A stretch of 49,143 bases of DNA from Acidobacteriota bacterium (GCA_046735235.1 JBKPSY010000162.1:1-49143), one strand, 5' to 3'. Shown: positions 28,653 through 38,795, counted from the first letter of the stretch. Program-made: numbers and translations. Notes: generated by a model not told the origin, from the sequence alone.

Positions 28653-31600
28653 TATCCCTCGATCGACGACATCCGCGACGCCTTGAGCGTCCCGCGCTTC
28701 AGCGCCGACAGCTTCATCACGTAGAAAATCACCGGCGTCACGATGAGGACGTGAATCGTCGACGTCACCATGCCGCCGATGATCGGCGCGGCGATCGGCT
28801 TCATCACGTCCGAACCGACGCTCGCGCTCCACATGATCGGCAGGAGCGAGAGCGTGGTTGCCGCCACGGTCATGAGCTTGGGTCGCAGTCGGAGCACGGA
28901 TCCGGCAACGGTCGCCTCCCAGATGTCGTGCGGCGTCACCGGCCCGAGCGCCAGGCGACGGTCGAGCGCCTCGTGCAGGTAGACGACCATTACCACGCCT
29001 GTTTGCACGGCGATCCCGTAGAGCGCGATGTAGCCCACCCACACGGCGACGGAGAAGTTGTAGCCGAGCAGCCACTGCGCGATGACGCCGCCGGTCATCG
29101 CGTAGACCACCGACAGCATCACGATGATCGCCTCCGACAGAGAGTGGAAGGTGAGATAGAGCAGCAGCAGGATGCACGCGAAGACGACCGGAACGAGCAG
29201 CTGGAGCCGCTCGCGCGCGCGCACCTGGAACTCGTACTGGCCCGTCCAGTCCAGCCGGTATCCCTGGGGTAGCGTGACCCGGTCACGCACGGCGGCCTGC
29301 GCGGCTGTGACGTACCCGCCCAGGTCTCTGGATGCGGTGTCCACATAGATGTAGCCGGCGAGCAGCCCACCTTCGTCGCGAATCATCGCCGGTCCCTTAC
29401 GAATCGAGATGCGGGCCAACTGCGCCAGCGGGACGTCGCCGGACGGCGTCGGCACCAGCACGGCGCCGATGGCCTGCAGCGAATCACGAAAATCGCGCGC
29501 GTACCGGACGCTGACGGGATAGCGCTCGCGCCCTTCGACGGTGCGCGTGACCGTCTCACCGCCGATGGCGGTCTCGATGACCATCTGGACGTCCTCGACG
29601 GTGACGCCGTAGCGCGCGATCGCGGCCCGATCCACTTCGATGTCGGTGAAGAACCCCTGCGTGACACGCTCGGCGTAGACGCTGCGCGTGCCAGGCACCT
29701 GCGAGAGCGTCGACTCGATCTGCCGCCCCAGCCGCTCGATCACGGCGAGATCCGGTCCGAGCACCTTGATGCCGACCGGCGTCTTCACGCCCGTGAACAG
29801 CATGTCGAGGCGGTTGCGAATCGGCTGCGTCCACGTATTCGGGAACCCCGGCACCTGCAGCGCCTCATCCATCTCGGCCTGCAGCTTCTCGACCGTCATC
29901 CCGGTGCGCCACTGCTCGCGCGGCTTCAGCATCAACGTGGTGTTCACCATCCCCATGGGTGAGTTGTCGGTGGCAGTCGTCCCGCGGCCCACCGTGCCGA
30001 AGACGCGTTCGACTTCGGGGAAGCGCTTGAGCACGGTGTCCTGAAGCTGCAGCAGGCGGGTGGCCTCTGTGATCGACATGCCCGGCGGCGCCGTCGGCAT
30101 GTAGAGCAGCGATCCTTCGTAAAGCGGCGGCATGAACTCGCTGCCGATCACCGCGATCAACGGAATCACCGCCGGGATCACCGCGAAGTTCACCACGAGC
30201 GTCGTCCAGCGAAACCTGAGCGCCGCCGACAGGCAGCCGCGGTAGATCGCCACGCTCACCGGCGAAAACGGGTTCGCCGCTTCCGGCCGCAGCTTCCGGC
30301 CACGAAGAATGAACGTCATCAGCACAGGCACCAGCGTCACCGACAGCAGCGTCGCCGATGCCATCGCGAACGTCTTGGTGAACGCCAGCGGCCGGAACAT
30401 CCGGCCTTCCTGCGCCTCGAGGAGGAATACCGGCAAGAACGACAGGATGATGATGGCCAGCGAGAAGAAGATCGGGCGACCGACCTGTTTGGCCGCCCTG
30501 ATCACTGCGGCCGGTTGCTCTTCGACGGGCATCGTCGCGGGCCGTCCGTCTGGCGTCTCGGTGATGTGACGGTAGGCGTTCTCCACCATGACGATGGACG
30601 CGTCAACCAGCCCGCCAATCGCCAGCGCGAGGCCGCCGAGCGACATGATGTTCGACGAGACGCCGAGGTAGTACATCGGCACGAACGACGCCAGCACCGC
30701 CACCGGCAGCGTGATGATCGGGATGAGCGCAGATCTGAAGTGGAACAGGAACGTGAGCGCCACCAGCGACACGACAATCGCTTCCTCGAACAGCGTTCGG
30801 CGCAGCGTGTGAATCGAGTCGCGGATGAGCCCCGAGCGATCGTACGTCGTGACGATGCGCACGCCCTCCGGCAAGGCGCTCTGTACCTCGGCCAGCCGCG
30901 CCTTGACACGATCGATGACGCCCAGTGCGTTCTCGCCAAAGCGCATCACGACGATGCCGCCGACGGCTTCGCCGCGTCCATCGAGCTCGGCCACGCCGCG
31001 GCGGAGCTCGGGGCCGAGAGCGACCGTGGCGACGTCGCGCACGTGCACGGGCGTTCCTGATACGCCCGCCCGTGTGACGGCCACCTGCTCGATGTCGTCG
31101 ATCGACTTCAGATATCCACGGCCGCGCACCATGAACTCGCGCCCGGAAAACTCCAGCAGGCGGCCTTCGACGTCGTTGTTGCTGGCCTGGATGGCCATCA
31201 CCACGTCCTTCGGGCCGACGTGATACGACGCCAGGCGTGCGGGATCGAGCGTCACCTGGTATTGCTTCACGAATCCACCGATGCTCGCGACTTCTGCGAC
31301 GCCTCGCACGCTGGCCAGCCAGTAGCGAAGGTACCAGTCCTGAAAGCTCCGCAGGTCCGCGAGCGTGTGACGGCCGCTGTCGTCGACGAGCGCGTACTGG
31401 TAGACCCAACCCACGCCCGTGGCATCAGGACCAATGGTCGGATTCGTGCCCGGGGGCAACTGGCCGCGGATGCCCTGCAGGTACTCGACCACGCGGCTCC
31501 TGGCCCAGTAGATGTCCGTGCCATCGTCGAAGATGACGTAGACGTACGAGATCCCGAAGTCGGTGAACCCGCGTACGGCCTTCACGTGCGGCGTGGAGAG

Positions 31601-31819
31601 CAACGCCGTGACGATTGGATAGGTCACCTGATCCTCAACGAGGTCCGGGCTTCTGCCCATCCAGTCGGTGGCCACGATCACCTGCACGTCGGAGATGTCC
31701 GGCACCGCGTCGAGCGGGGTGTGGAGCATCGTCCAGGCGCCCCAGCCGGAGAGGCCGATCGCGGCCAGCAGCACCAGCGCTCGATTGCGCGCGCACCAGT
31801 CGATGAGTCGCACGACCAT
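28652..31819 (-). CDS. cusA: CusA-type heavy-metal (Cu/Ag) RND efflux permease
   Basis: DAVPDISDVQVIV, GPDATGVGWVYQY, NIMSLGG, RPKLMT; the three periplasmic Met sites (LLYMP, GMVNT, RLDML) are present. Confidence 0.93.
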   Translation of the reverse strand: MVVRLIDWCARNRALVLLAAIGLSGWGAWTMLHTPLDAVPDISDVQVIVATDWMGRSPDLVEDQVTYPIVTALLSTPHVKAVRGFTDFGISYVYVIFDDGTDIYWARSRVVEYLQGIRGQLPPGTNPTIGPDATGVGWVYQYALVDDSGRHTLADLRSFQDWYLRYWLASVRGVAEVASIGGFVKQYQVTLDPARLASYHVGPKDVVMAIQASNNDVEGRLLEFSGREFMVRGRGYLKSIDDIEQVAVTRAGVSGTPVHVRDVATVALGPELRRGVAELDGRGEAVGGIVVMRFGENALGVIDRVKARLAEVQSALPEGVRIVTTYDRSGLIRDSIHTLRRTLFEEAIVVSLVALTFLFHFRSALIPIITLPVAVLASFVPMYYLGVSSNIMSLGGLALAIGGLVDASIVMVENAYRHITETPDGRPATMPVEEQPAAVIRAAKQVGRPIFFSLAIIILSFLPVFLLEAQEGRMFRPLAFTKTFAMASATLLSVTLVPVLMTFILRGRKLRPEAANPFSPVSVAIYRGCLSAALRFRWTTLVVNFAVIPAVIPLIAVIGSEFMPPLYEGSLLYMPTAPPGMSITEATRLLQLQDTVLKRFPEVERVFGTVGRGTTATDNSPMGMVNTTLMLKPREQWRTGMTVEKLQAEMDEALQVPGFPNTWTQPIRNRLDMLFTGVKTPVGIKVLGPDLAVIERLGRQIESTLSQVPGTRSVYAERVTQGFFTDIEVDRAAIARYGVTVEDVQMVIETAIGGETVTRTVEGRERYPVSVRYARDFRDSLQAIGAVLVPTPSGDVPLAQLARISIRKGPAMIRDEGGLLAGYIYVDTASRDLGGYVTAAQAAVRDRVTLPQGYRLDWTGQYEFQVRARERLQLLVPVVFACILLLLYLTFHSLSEAIIVMLSVVYAMTGGVIAQWLLGYNFSVAVWVGYIALYGIAVQTGVVMVVYLHEALDRRLALGPVTPHDIWEATVAGSVLRLRPKLMTVAATTLSLLPIMWSASVGSDVMKPIAAPIIGGMVTSTIHVLIVTPVIFYVMKLSALKRGTLKASRMSSIEG

Positions 31820-31828
31820 GGCTGTCTC

Positions 31829-33511
31829 CTAGCGGGCGATGACGGTGAGCTGGCGCGACCCGAGGCGCTCGGCCCCGCGGGTCACGGTGATCGTCACGTC
31901 CCATCGGCCGGACGTCGGAACGTCGATCGATCCGCGATACGCGCCGCCGACGGGAACGAGCGTGGCTTCGGCTCGCATGGCGGGCATGTTCATCGTCGGC
32001 ATGGCGGCCATCCCGAACACGACGGTCACGGTAAGGTCGCCGACCGGCTGCCCGTCGCTGTTCTTGACGACAGCGATGAGCGTCGCCGGGCCAGCCTTGA
32101 GGGGGTCCGGCGAGACCGCGAGATCGATCGAGAGCTGCCGGGCCGGAGACGCCGTCGGGGGCGGCGATGTTCTCCCTTCCGCATATCCCTGAGCGGCCGC
32201 CCGGAGCTGGCTCTCCGAGTCGATGAAGAAGGCCGCACCTTCGGCGACCTGCTCCCCGGCGTTGAGGCCGCTGATGATTTCGACGCGACCCTCGGCGCGG
32301 TGTCCCACGACTACTGGCCGCGGCTCGAAGTAGCCGTCGCCCGTCGATACGAACACGAGCTGACGGGTCCCCGAGTCGAGCACGGCGTCGGCGGGCACCA
32401 CCAGCCCCCGGCCGAGCGGCACGCTGAGGTCCACCGAAGCGAACATGCCTGCCTTGAGGCGCCCTCGCCGATTCGGGAGCTCGAACCGCACGATCGCCGT
32501 TCGCGACTCGGGGTCGAGACCCGGCGCGACGTACGTGATGCGTCCGTCGAACGAGTCGTCGGGGAGGGCGTTGATGCGAATCACCCCGTGCTGGCCGACG
32601 GCGACAGCGCCGAGATCGGGTTCGTAGACGCTCGCTTCAACCCAGATCACCGAGGGGTCGACGATCTTGTAGAGCACGTCGCCCGGCATTGCGCGCATCC
32701 CCTTGACGATCGTCTTCTCCATCACGATGCCGGAAACCGGAGAGCGGAACGTGGTGCGAGGTTCGCCGGCCGTGTCGGGAGCCTCGATCTGATCGGCGCT
32801 CACATTCCATCGCGTCAGGCGCAGCCGCGCCGCCTCGACGACCCTGGCGGACTGCTCGCGCGCGCCCGCGGAGTTCGACGCGTCGAGCGACGCCTGCGCC
32901 TGCACCGCAAGGCGGTACTCGGCAATCGCCATCGCGACGTCAGAGCTGTAGACGCTGAAGAGCGGTTGTCCCTGCCGAACTGACTGGCCCGTGCGGTCCA
33001 CGTAGAGGTCGCGGACGTACCCTTCCAGCCGTAGTGCTACCTCGGTCCAGCGCGACTCGTCGAACTTCACGACGCCGGGCAGCCGGATCGATCGGCTCAA
33101 CGCCGCTTCCTCCGCCCGCGCGATTCGCACTCCCGCCAACTGTCTTCGTCGTCCGTCGATCTGAACGGCCACACGTGGATCGGTGAGGTCGTCCGGGGGC
33201 GGAGCCGCAACGCCTGGGAGCGCGGGGTTCGCCGTCTCCGCGCGGCTCTCGTGGGCTTCGCCGTGAGCCTCGTTCGACGCCGCGGGCGTCTTCCGCTCGA
33301 GCGTCATGCCGCAAATGGGGCAGTGTCCCGGGCGGGATTCGTGTACGTCGGGGTGCATCGGGCACGTCCACTCATCCTGCGCGACGGCCTGGTTGGCCTG
33401 GGCGCCCTGCGAAAACGCCTTCTGCGCGACGACCACTCCGAGCGCCGCCGCGACGACGCACGCGCTGAGCAGTAAGAGACGCCAACGTGATGCAAACTGC
33501 GGGAGACGCAT
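31829..33511 (-). CDS. cusB: CusB-type RND periplasmic adaptor with N-terminal heavy-metal-binding domain and C-terminal YtkA/FixH-like domain
   Basis: WTCPMHPDV....PGHCPICGMTL, MFP core (GQPLFSVYS, LKAGMF, VVPADAVLDSG), Met-rich MAAMPTMNMPAM. Confidence 0.88.
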   Translation of the reverse strand: MRLPQFASRWRLLLLSACVVAAALGVVVAQKAFSQGAQANQAVAQDEWTCPMHPDVHESRPGHCPICGMTLERKTPAASNEAHGEAHESRAETANPALPGVAAPPPDDLTDPRVAVQIDGRRRQLAGVRIARAEEAALSRSIRLPGVVKFDESRWTEVALRLEGYVRDLYVDRTGQSVRQGQPLFSVYSSDVAMAIAEYRLAVQAQASLDASNSAGAREQSARVVEAARLRLTRWNVSADQIEAPDTAGEPRTTFRSPVSGIVMEKTIVKGMRAMPGDVLYKIVDPSVIWVEASVYEPDLGAVAVGQHGVIRINALPDDSFDGRITYVAPGLDPESRTAIVRFELPNRRGRLKAGMFASVDLSVPLGRGLVVPADAVLDSGTRQLVFVSTGDGYFEPRPVVVGHRAEGRVEIISGLNAGEQVAEGAAFFIDSESQLRAAAQGYAEGRTSPPPTASPARQLSIDLAVSPDPLKAGPATLIAVVKNSDGQPVGDLTVTVVFGMAAMPTMNMPAMRAEATLVPVGGAYRGSIDVPTSGRWDVTITVTRGAERLGSRQLTVIAR

Positions 33512-33517
33512 GACGCC

Positions 33518-34822
33518 TTACTCCTTACCCGGAGTCACCGGGGACTGAACCGCAGCCGGGGCGGCGAGGTCGGCGCCCACGGCTGCTTCGAGCGCCGCCC
33601 ATGCCACGTCGGCCTGACCTGACAGGCGCGCGATCTGGGCTTCTGTTTCAAGCTGCATGCGCTGGGCGTCGAGCACCTCTGAGAGCGGTAGCTGCCCGGC
33701 GGCGAACGCCAGACGGCTGGCCTCGACGATGTGCGCGGACTGGGGGCGCATCGTGTCGCGGACGACGGCGAGCCTCGCGAGCGTGCCAACGAGCGACACA
33801 CGAGATTCCGCGATCATTCGCGCGATCTGCTGCCGGCTTGTTTCGAGGTCGGCGCGGGCAGCCTGCGCGAGCGCGTCGGCCTCGGCCGTGGACGCGGAGA
33901 CGCGCTTCTTCACCCACGGCGCCGAGGGCCAGGTGACGCCGACGCGGGCGGTCCACGCGCCCGCCTGGCCGGGCATCAGCATGTAGCCGCCCTGGACGAC
34001 CCAATCGGGCTTTCCCTCGGTCTTCGCGACGCTGGCGGCCGCGTCGGCTTCCGCGATTCCCGCGCGTGCGGCGAGCAGCTCGGGATGCGTTTCGCCGGCG
34101 CGATCGAGCAGCACCTGCAGTGGCGGCACGAGAGCGCTCGGCTCGGTGTCGTCGAGCGCGCCAATCGCCGTGGAGGGATCGCGGCCCATCGCCGCGTTCA
34201 GTTCGACGCGCCGCATGTCGGCGTCGGCCTGGAGCATCACGAGCCGCTCGGTCAGCTCGGTCTCCGCCAGGCTGGCCCGCACGACGGACGCTTGCGTCCC
34301 GCGGCCCAACCCATAGGCTGCCTCCATCGCCCGCACCAGCTCGTTCGCCAGCGGCTGCGCTGCGCGGGTAGCGGCGATCTGACGCTCTGTGGCTCTGAGC
34401 GCCGCGTACGCTTCGATGACGCCGGACTCGATCGTGCGGGTTCTCACGGCGGCGTCGGCCGCCATCCGATCGGCCGTCCTGGCTGAGGCTGCGGCGCGCA
34501 AATCGCGCTTGCCCTTGCCAGGCAGCTCCTGCTCGAGCATGAACATGTACATGTTGACGTCGCCGGGATTGAACGACGTGACCGGCCATTGCCAGATCGT
34601 CGCGTCGAGCATCGGGGGCATCAGGCTGCGCGCCATCTCCGGAACTTGACGCGCCGCGGTGACGCGCGCGGCGGCGCTGGCGAGCGACGGATGATGCAGA
34701 CGCGCCCAGGCGATCGCGTCCGCGAGATGCAGCGGCGGAGGCCCGGAATCCGGCACGACGGGCTCCTGCGCCCGAACGGGCGGGACAGCCAGCAACACGA
34801 AGAGCGGAACGAGAGCGCGCAT
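33518..34822 (-). CDS. TolC-family outer-membrane efflux protein (CusC-like)
   Basis: Signal peptide from ATG 34822 (SD GGGGAG), LEQELPGKGKR, coiled-coil repeats, operonic with cusBA. Confidence 0.88.
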   Translation of the reverse strand: MRALVPLFVLLAVPPVRAQEPVVPDSGPPPLHLADAIAWARLHHPSLASAAARVTAARQVPEMARSLMPPMLDATIWQWPVTSFNPGDVNMYMFMLEQELPGKGKRDLRAAASARTADRMAADAAVRTRTIESGVIEAYAALRATERQIAATRAAQPLANELVRAMEAAYGLGRGTQASVVRASLAETELTERLVMLQADADMRRVELNAAMGRDPSTAIGALDDTEPSALVPPLQVLLDRAGETHPELLAARAGIAEADAAASVAKTEGKPDWVVQGGYMLMPGQAGAWTARVGVTWPSAPWVKKRVSASTAEADALAQAARADLETSRQQIARMIAESRVSLVGTLARLAVVRDTMRPQSAHIVEASRLAFAAGQLPLSEVLDAQRMQLETEAQIARLSGQADVAWAALEAAVGADLAAPAAVQSPVTPGKE

Positions 34823-34832
34823 GGTCGAACGT

Positions 34833-34903
34833 CTCCCCGTGGACGCGCACGTGTCGGGCACGCGGCCACAGCCAGCGGAACTACGGACGTGTCAGTTGGG
34901 GAG
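34833..34903 (-). promoter_or_regulatory. Anti-SD/SD pairing that could occlude the TolC ribosome-binding site
   Basis: Minus strand CTCCCC (34898-34903) is complementary to SD GGGGAG (34833-34838); pairing can extend via GATCGT / ACGTTC. Confidence 0.5.
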
Positions 34904-34911
34904 GCCGACGA

Positions 34912-35274
34912 TCAGACGAGCAGCGTGGCGTGAAGCAGGTAGAGCGGAGCGGATGACACCATCCGGCCCGGGCATGCGCTCGGGAGGGCCGTCGGGACCA
35001 GCAACGGCGGAACGCTGGCGGCGACCGGAAGTAGGGAGAGCAGCTCGGGCGTAGGCGTCGTCGGCGCCTGTGGCGGTGCCTGGCGCGGCGTCTGCTCGGG
35101 ACGTTCGGGCATGCAGCACTGCAGCGCCGAGTGTGTTGCAGGGGCGCCGGCGCGCTTACAGCAGTCGTGCGCGCCTTTCGCGAGCGCTGACGAGGTGATC
35201 AAGGTGGACACGGCGAGCGCGACGACCAGTGTGCTGGTCATCAAGCGGCTCGTTCTTCGGTCGCGTTGTTGCAT
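34912..35274 (-). CDS. Small secreted Cys-Cys/Pro-rich protein upstream of the Cus operon (candidate metal-sensing leader)
   Basis: Hydrophobic signal segment, HDCC and QCCM, Pro-rich linker, C-terminal PLYLLHATLLV; same strand as the operon. Alternative start 35241. Confidence 0.65.
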   Translation of the reverse strand: MQQRDRRTSRLMTSTLVVALAVSTLITSSALAKGAHDCCKRAGAPATHSALQCCMPERPEQTPRQAPPQAPTTPTPELLSLLPVAASVPPLLVPTALPSACPGRMVSSAPLYLLHATLLV

Positions 35275-35478
35275 CGCGCTCGCCGTAGGTGAGGACGTTT
35301 TCTCGCGACTGGGAAGTAATTCCCGCCTTATCCGCCCTCTGCCCCTCAGTGGGGGCCTCGACAGCTAAGCGTAGCACGCTGCGTGCCACGCTCGTCTGGC
35401 CATCACTGCTTCGGCGAGGCCATCGAGCCCCACCGTCACGACCTCCCTGCGAATCACCGACAACAGTCGGCGCAGGTC

Positions 35479-37686
35479 TCATTCCGAGGGAGCATCGTAC
35501 TCGGGGAAAACCTTCGCCTGCAGCCATTTGTCGAACCAATTGCCGATGTGACGCAGGCGATCGATGCGATGCCATGGATGACCCGAACGCGACAGTTCGT
35601 GCCCCTCGTTCGGCACGCGCACCATCACGACCGGCACATGGCGGAGCTTGAGGGCGCGGAACATGGCTTCGCCGCCGGCGACGGGCGGGGTGCGATAGTC
35701 GGCGTCGCCGTCGACCAGCATCAGCGGCGTCTTGATCTGGTCGGCATACGTGATTGGCGAGCGCGCCATGAAGTCGGCGCGGTCCTGCCACGGCGCCTTG
35801 TGGAACCAGCTTGGGAGGAAGAGCGTGAAGTCCGCCGCGTACCACCAGGCTTCCCAGTCGGCAATCGAACGCTGCGAGACCGCGGCCTTGAACCGGTCGG
35901 TGTGGCCGATCACCCAGTTCGTCAACAGGCCGCCGCCGCTGCCACCGGTGACACCAAGCCGGCTGGCGTCGATGAATCCTTTGGCGACCATGGCGTCCAC
36001 GGCGGCCATCAGGTCCTTGTAGTCGTCGCCGGGATATCGAAACTGGATCACGTTGCCGAAGTCCTGGCCGTAGGTCGTGCTGCCGCGAGGGTTCACGTAT
36101 GCGACGACGTAGCCGCGAGCGGCCTGCGCGAGGAACTCGTGCGTGAACGTGTAGCCGTAGGCGGCGTGCGGCCCGCCGTGAATCTGCAGAATCAACGGGT
36201 ATTGTTTCGTTGAATCGAATCCTGGCGGCGTGATGTACCAGCCGTCCACCGACGTGCCGTCGAACGACTTCACCACGAGCGGCTGCGGTGCAGGCAGGTC
36301 GAGCGTTCGGAACAGCGCGTCGTTCACGGAGGTGATGCGCTGCGGCCCCGGCGAGTCAGCGGATGCGTCGACGACGAACAGGTCGCCGACGTTGGTCGGC
36401 GTCGCGATGAGCGCGACGAGACCCCTTGCATCGGCGCTTGCGCTGAACGCCTGGACCTCCTGGTCGCCCTTCGTGATCGTCGTCTCGGCGCCGTCCGAGA
36501 CGCGAACGCGGATGACGTTGGCCCGGCCCCGCGCCGCGGAGATCGTGATGAGCGCGGTGCTGTCCGGCGTCCATGCCGGCCGTGAGGCTGCGCCTCCGCG
36601 AGGCGCGCGTTGGTCGCCCGTGAGGCCGCCGCCGATGTCGGTGTCGTCGCCGCGCGTCAAGTTGCGGACCGCGCCGTTCGAGATGTCGACGACGAAGAGA
36701 TCAGATTGAGTGTAGGACTGAACAGGCGTGACGTTCCCGGCGCCGTGAAACGCGATGAGATGTCCGTCGGGCGACGGCGAGAGTTCTGTGGCGCCGCCGT
36801 CGATCGTCGCCAGGATCCGTGGCGAGCCCCCGCCGGCGTCAACGGCGTAGAGCAGCGTCTTCGCGGGCGTGAAGTCGGTCTCTTCGACGTCGCGTCCGCG
36901 GAAGAAGAGCGTGCGGCCGTCGGCGGAGTAGGTGGGCTCCAGCTCGCTGATCCGCGCGCCGTCAAGCTGGCGTCCGGCACCCGGCTCGCGTCCGCTGCGT
37001 ACCGGGACGAGATAAATACGGCTGTGCCGCGCCCCGTCACGGTATCCGGCGCCATCTGCGCGGAACGTCGCGCGCGTGATCACTCGCACGTCGCTCGGCT
37101 TCGCGCGTCCCGGGTCCGCGGGCAGGGGCGCCGGCAGCACCGAGCTCGCGACGGCGAGCGTCGCGCTGTCCGGACTCCAGGCGAATCCTGTGACGCCCTC
37201 GGGCTGGCGCGTGAGCGGACGTGAGTCGCCGCCGGAGCGATCGAGCGCGAACACCTGCGGTGGAGTGGCGTCGCCTCCGTGATCCTCCGGCGCCCGGATG
37301 AACGCCAGCATCGCGCCGCTCGGCGACCATCGCGGCGACGTGTCGCGAGGTCCGGCGGTCAGCGCCCGCGGCTGGAACGAGCCGTCGGTCGAAAACTCCC
37401 AGATCGCGCTCGCGTAGGTGTCGTGCTCGCGGTCGACGGTCACCCGGACCACGGCCACCGATCGGCCATCGGGCGAGAGCTGCGGGTCGGCCAGCCAGAC
37501 AAAGTCGAGCAGATCGAGATCGCCTATCGCGCGTCCGGCCTGGTGCTCGGCGCCTGGCGCCGTGCCTGACTTGCCCGCCGAAGCGCCGAGCGCGAAGGCA
37601 GGTGCCTGGTTCCTGGTGCCACGTGCGGCGACCGTCGTCACCAGCATCGCCACGACCATCGCGAGCATTCCGACCGATCTGCGCAT
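35479..37686 (-). CDS. S9 family peptidase (acylaminoacyl-peptidase-like), secreted
   Basis: PD40/TolB propeller repeats (WSPDS, LSPDG), IHGGPH, NPRGS, GGSGG (Ser), DYRTP (Asp), EGHELSRSG (His). Confidence 0.93.
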   Translation of the reverse strand: MRRSVGMLAMVVAMLVTTVAARGTRNQAPAFALGASAGKSGTAPGAEHQAGRAIGDLDLLDFVWLADPQLSPDGRSVAVVRVTVDREHDTYASAIWEFSTDGSFQPRALTAGPRDTSPRWSPSGAMLAFIRAPEDHGGDATPPQVFALDRSGGDSRPLTRQPEGVTGFAWSPDSATLAVASSVLPAPLPADPGRAKPSDVRVITRATFRADGAGYRDGARHSRIYLVPVRSGREPGAGRQLDGARISELEPTYSADGRTLFFRGRDVEETDFTPAKTLLYAVDAGGGSPRILATIDGGATELSPSPDGHLIAFHGAGNVTPVQSYTQSDLFVVDISNGAVRNLTRGDDTDIGGGLTGDQRAPRGGAASRPAWTPDSTALITISAARGRANVIRVRVSDGAETTITKGDQEVQAFSASADARGLVALIATPTNVGDLFVVDASADSPGPQRITSVNDALFRTLDLPAPQPLVVKSFDGTSVDGWYITPPGFDSTKQYPLILQIHGGPHAAYGYTFTHEFLAQAARGYVVAYVNPRGSTTYGQDFGNVIQFRYPGDDYKDLMAAVDAMVAKGFIDASRLGVTGGSGGGLLTNWVIGHTDRFKAAVSQRSIADWEAWWYAADFTLFLPSWFHKAPWQDRADFMARSPITYADQIKTPLMLVDGDADYRTPPVAGGEAMFRALKLRHVPVVMVRVPNEGHELSRSGHPWHRIDRLRHIGNWFDKWLQAKVFPEYDAPSE

Positions 37687-37714
37687 CAGCGTCTCCGTCG
37701 CCAGTCTTGGCAGC

Positions 37715-37773
37715 CCGTGGTGAAAGTCACGACGGCATTCGGCCCTCGGTGCTCGCCGTGACGTTCACCACGG
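37715..37773. repeat. 17-bp inverted repeat in the divergent S9/ypdA spacer
   Basis: CCGTGGTGAAAGTCACG ... CGTGACGTTCACCACGG, 16 of 17 positions match. Confidence 0.7.
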
Positions 37774-37808
37774 CCTGCTGGCGCGCGGCCCACGGTATCA
37801 TCGAACGC

Positions 37809-38795
37809 ATGTCCGTTCTGGATCTGCTGATCGTCGGCGCGGGGCCCTCGGGCCTGGCGACAGCGATTTCCGCCAGGAAGGCGGGGTTGTCGTGCGAAGT
37901 CGTCGAAAAGGGCGTCCTCACGAACTCGATCTTCCACTTCCCGGTCAACATGGTGTTCTTCACAACGCCGGAGCTGCTCGAGATCGGGGGCGTGCCGCTC
38001 GTGTCGCCATTCGAGAAGCCCACCCGGCTGGAGGCGCTGCGCTACTACCGGCGCGTCGCGGAAATGTTCGATCTCCCCATCACGTTCGGTGAGACCGTCC
38101 TGAGCTTGACGACTGACGCCACGACCGGTGAGCTCGTCGCGCGCACGCGGTCCACGAGAGGCGAGAAGGAACGCCGGGCCCGCGCCGTCGTCTTTGCGAC
38201 CGGCTATTACGACCATCCCAATCGCCTGAACATTCCGGGCGAAGACCTGCCACACGTGTCGCACTACTACAACGAGGCGCACTCCTCGTATCGGCAGCGC
38301 GTGGTGATCGTGGGCGGCAAGAACTCGGCGGCCGAGACGGCCCTCGAGCTCCATCGCTCAGGCGCGAAGGTCACGATGGTGCATCGTCGGCCAACGCTGG
38401 GCGCGTCCATCAAGTACTGGGTGAAGCCGGACATCGAGAACCGGATAGCCGAGGGCTCGATCGCGGCGCGGTTCGAGAGCAAGGTCATCGAGATCACCTC
38501 GGACGCCGTCGTGATCGAGCACCGCGGCCGGAAAGAGTCGCTCCCGGCCGACCGTGTGTTCCTCATGACCGGGTATCACGCGGACTTCGATCTGCTGAAG
38601 GCCTGTGGCCTCGAGATCGATCCCGCGACGAACGTCCCGAGGCACGACGCTTCCACGCTCGAGTCGTCATCCGTGCCGAACGTCTTCTTTGCGGGCGGCG
38701 TGCTGGCAGGAAAGGACACCGCGCCGATCTTCATCGAGAACGGGCGGTTTCATGGGGAGCGGATTATCAAAGTGCTGGGCGAGAGACGAGGCTGA
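37809..38795 (+). CDS. ypdA: YpdA-family putative bacillithiol disulfide reductase
   Basis: IVGAGPSG, FFTTPELLEIG, KPTRLEALRYY, ATGYYDHP, GGKNSA, IKYWVKPDIENRI, FIENGRFHG. TATCAT-N7-ATG start. Confidence 0.88.
   Translation: MSVLDLLIVGAGPSGLATAISARKAGLSCEVVEKGVLTNSIFHFPVNMVFFTTPELLEIGGVPLVSPFEKPTRLEALRYYRRVAEMFDLPITFGETVLSLTTDATTGELVARTRSTRGEKERRARAVVFATGYYDHPNRLNIPGEDLPHVSHYYNEAHSSYRQRVVIVGGKNSAAETALELHRSGAKVTMVHRRPTLGASIKYWVKPDIENRIAEGSIAARFESKVIEITSDAVVIEHRGRKESLPADRVFLMTGYHADFDLLKACGLEIDPATNVPRHDASTLESSSVPNVFFAGGVLAGKDTAPIFIENGRFHGERIIKVLGERRG

Noticed and set aside
28440-35470. Cus operon as a mobile element
   Set aside because: No transposase, integrase, tRNA or matching terminal repeats were found at its borders.
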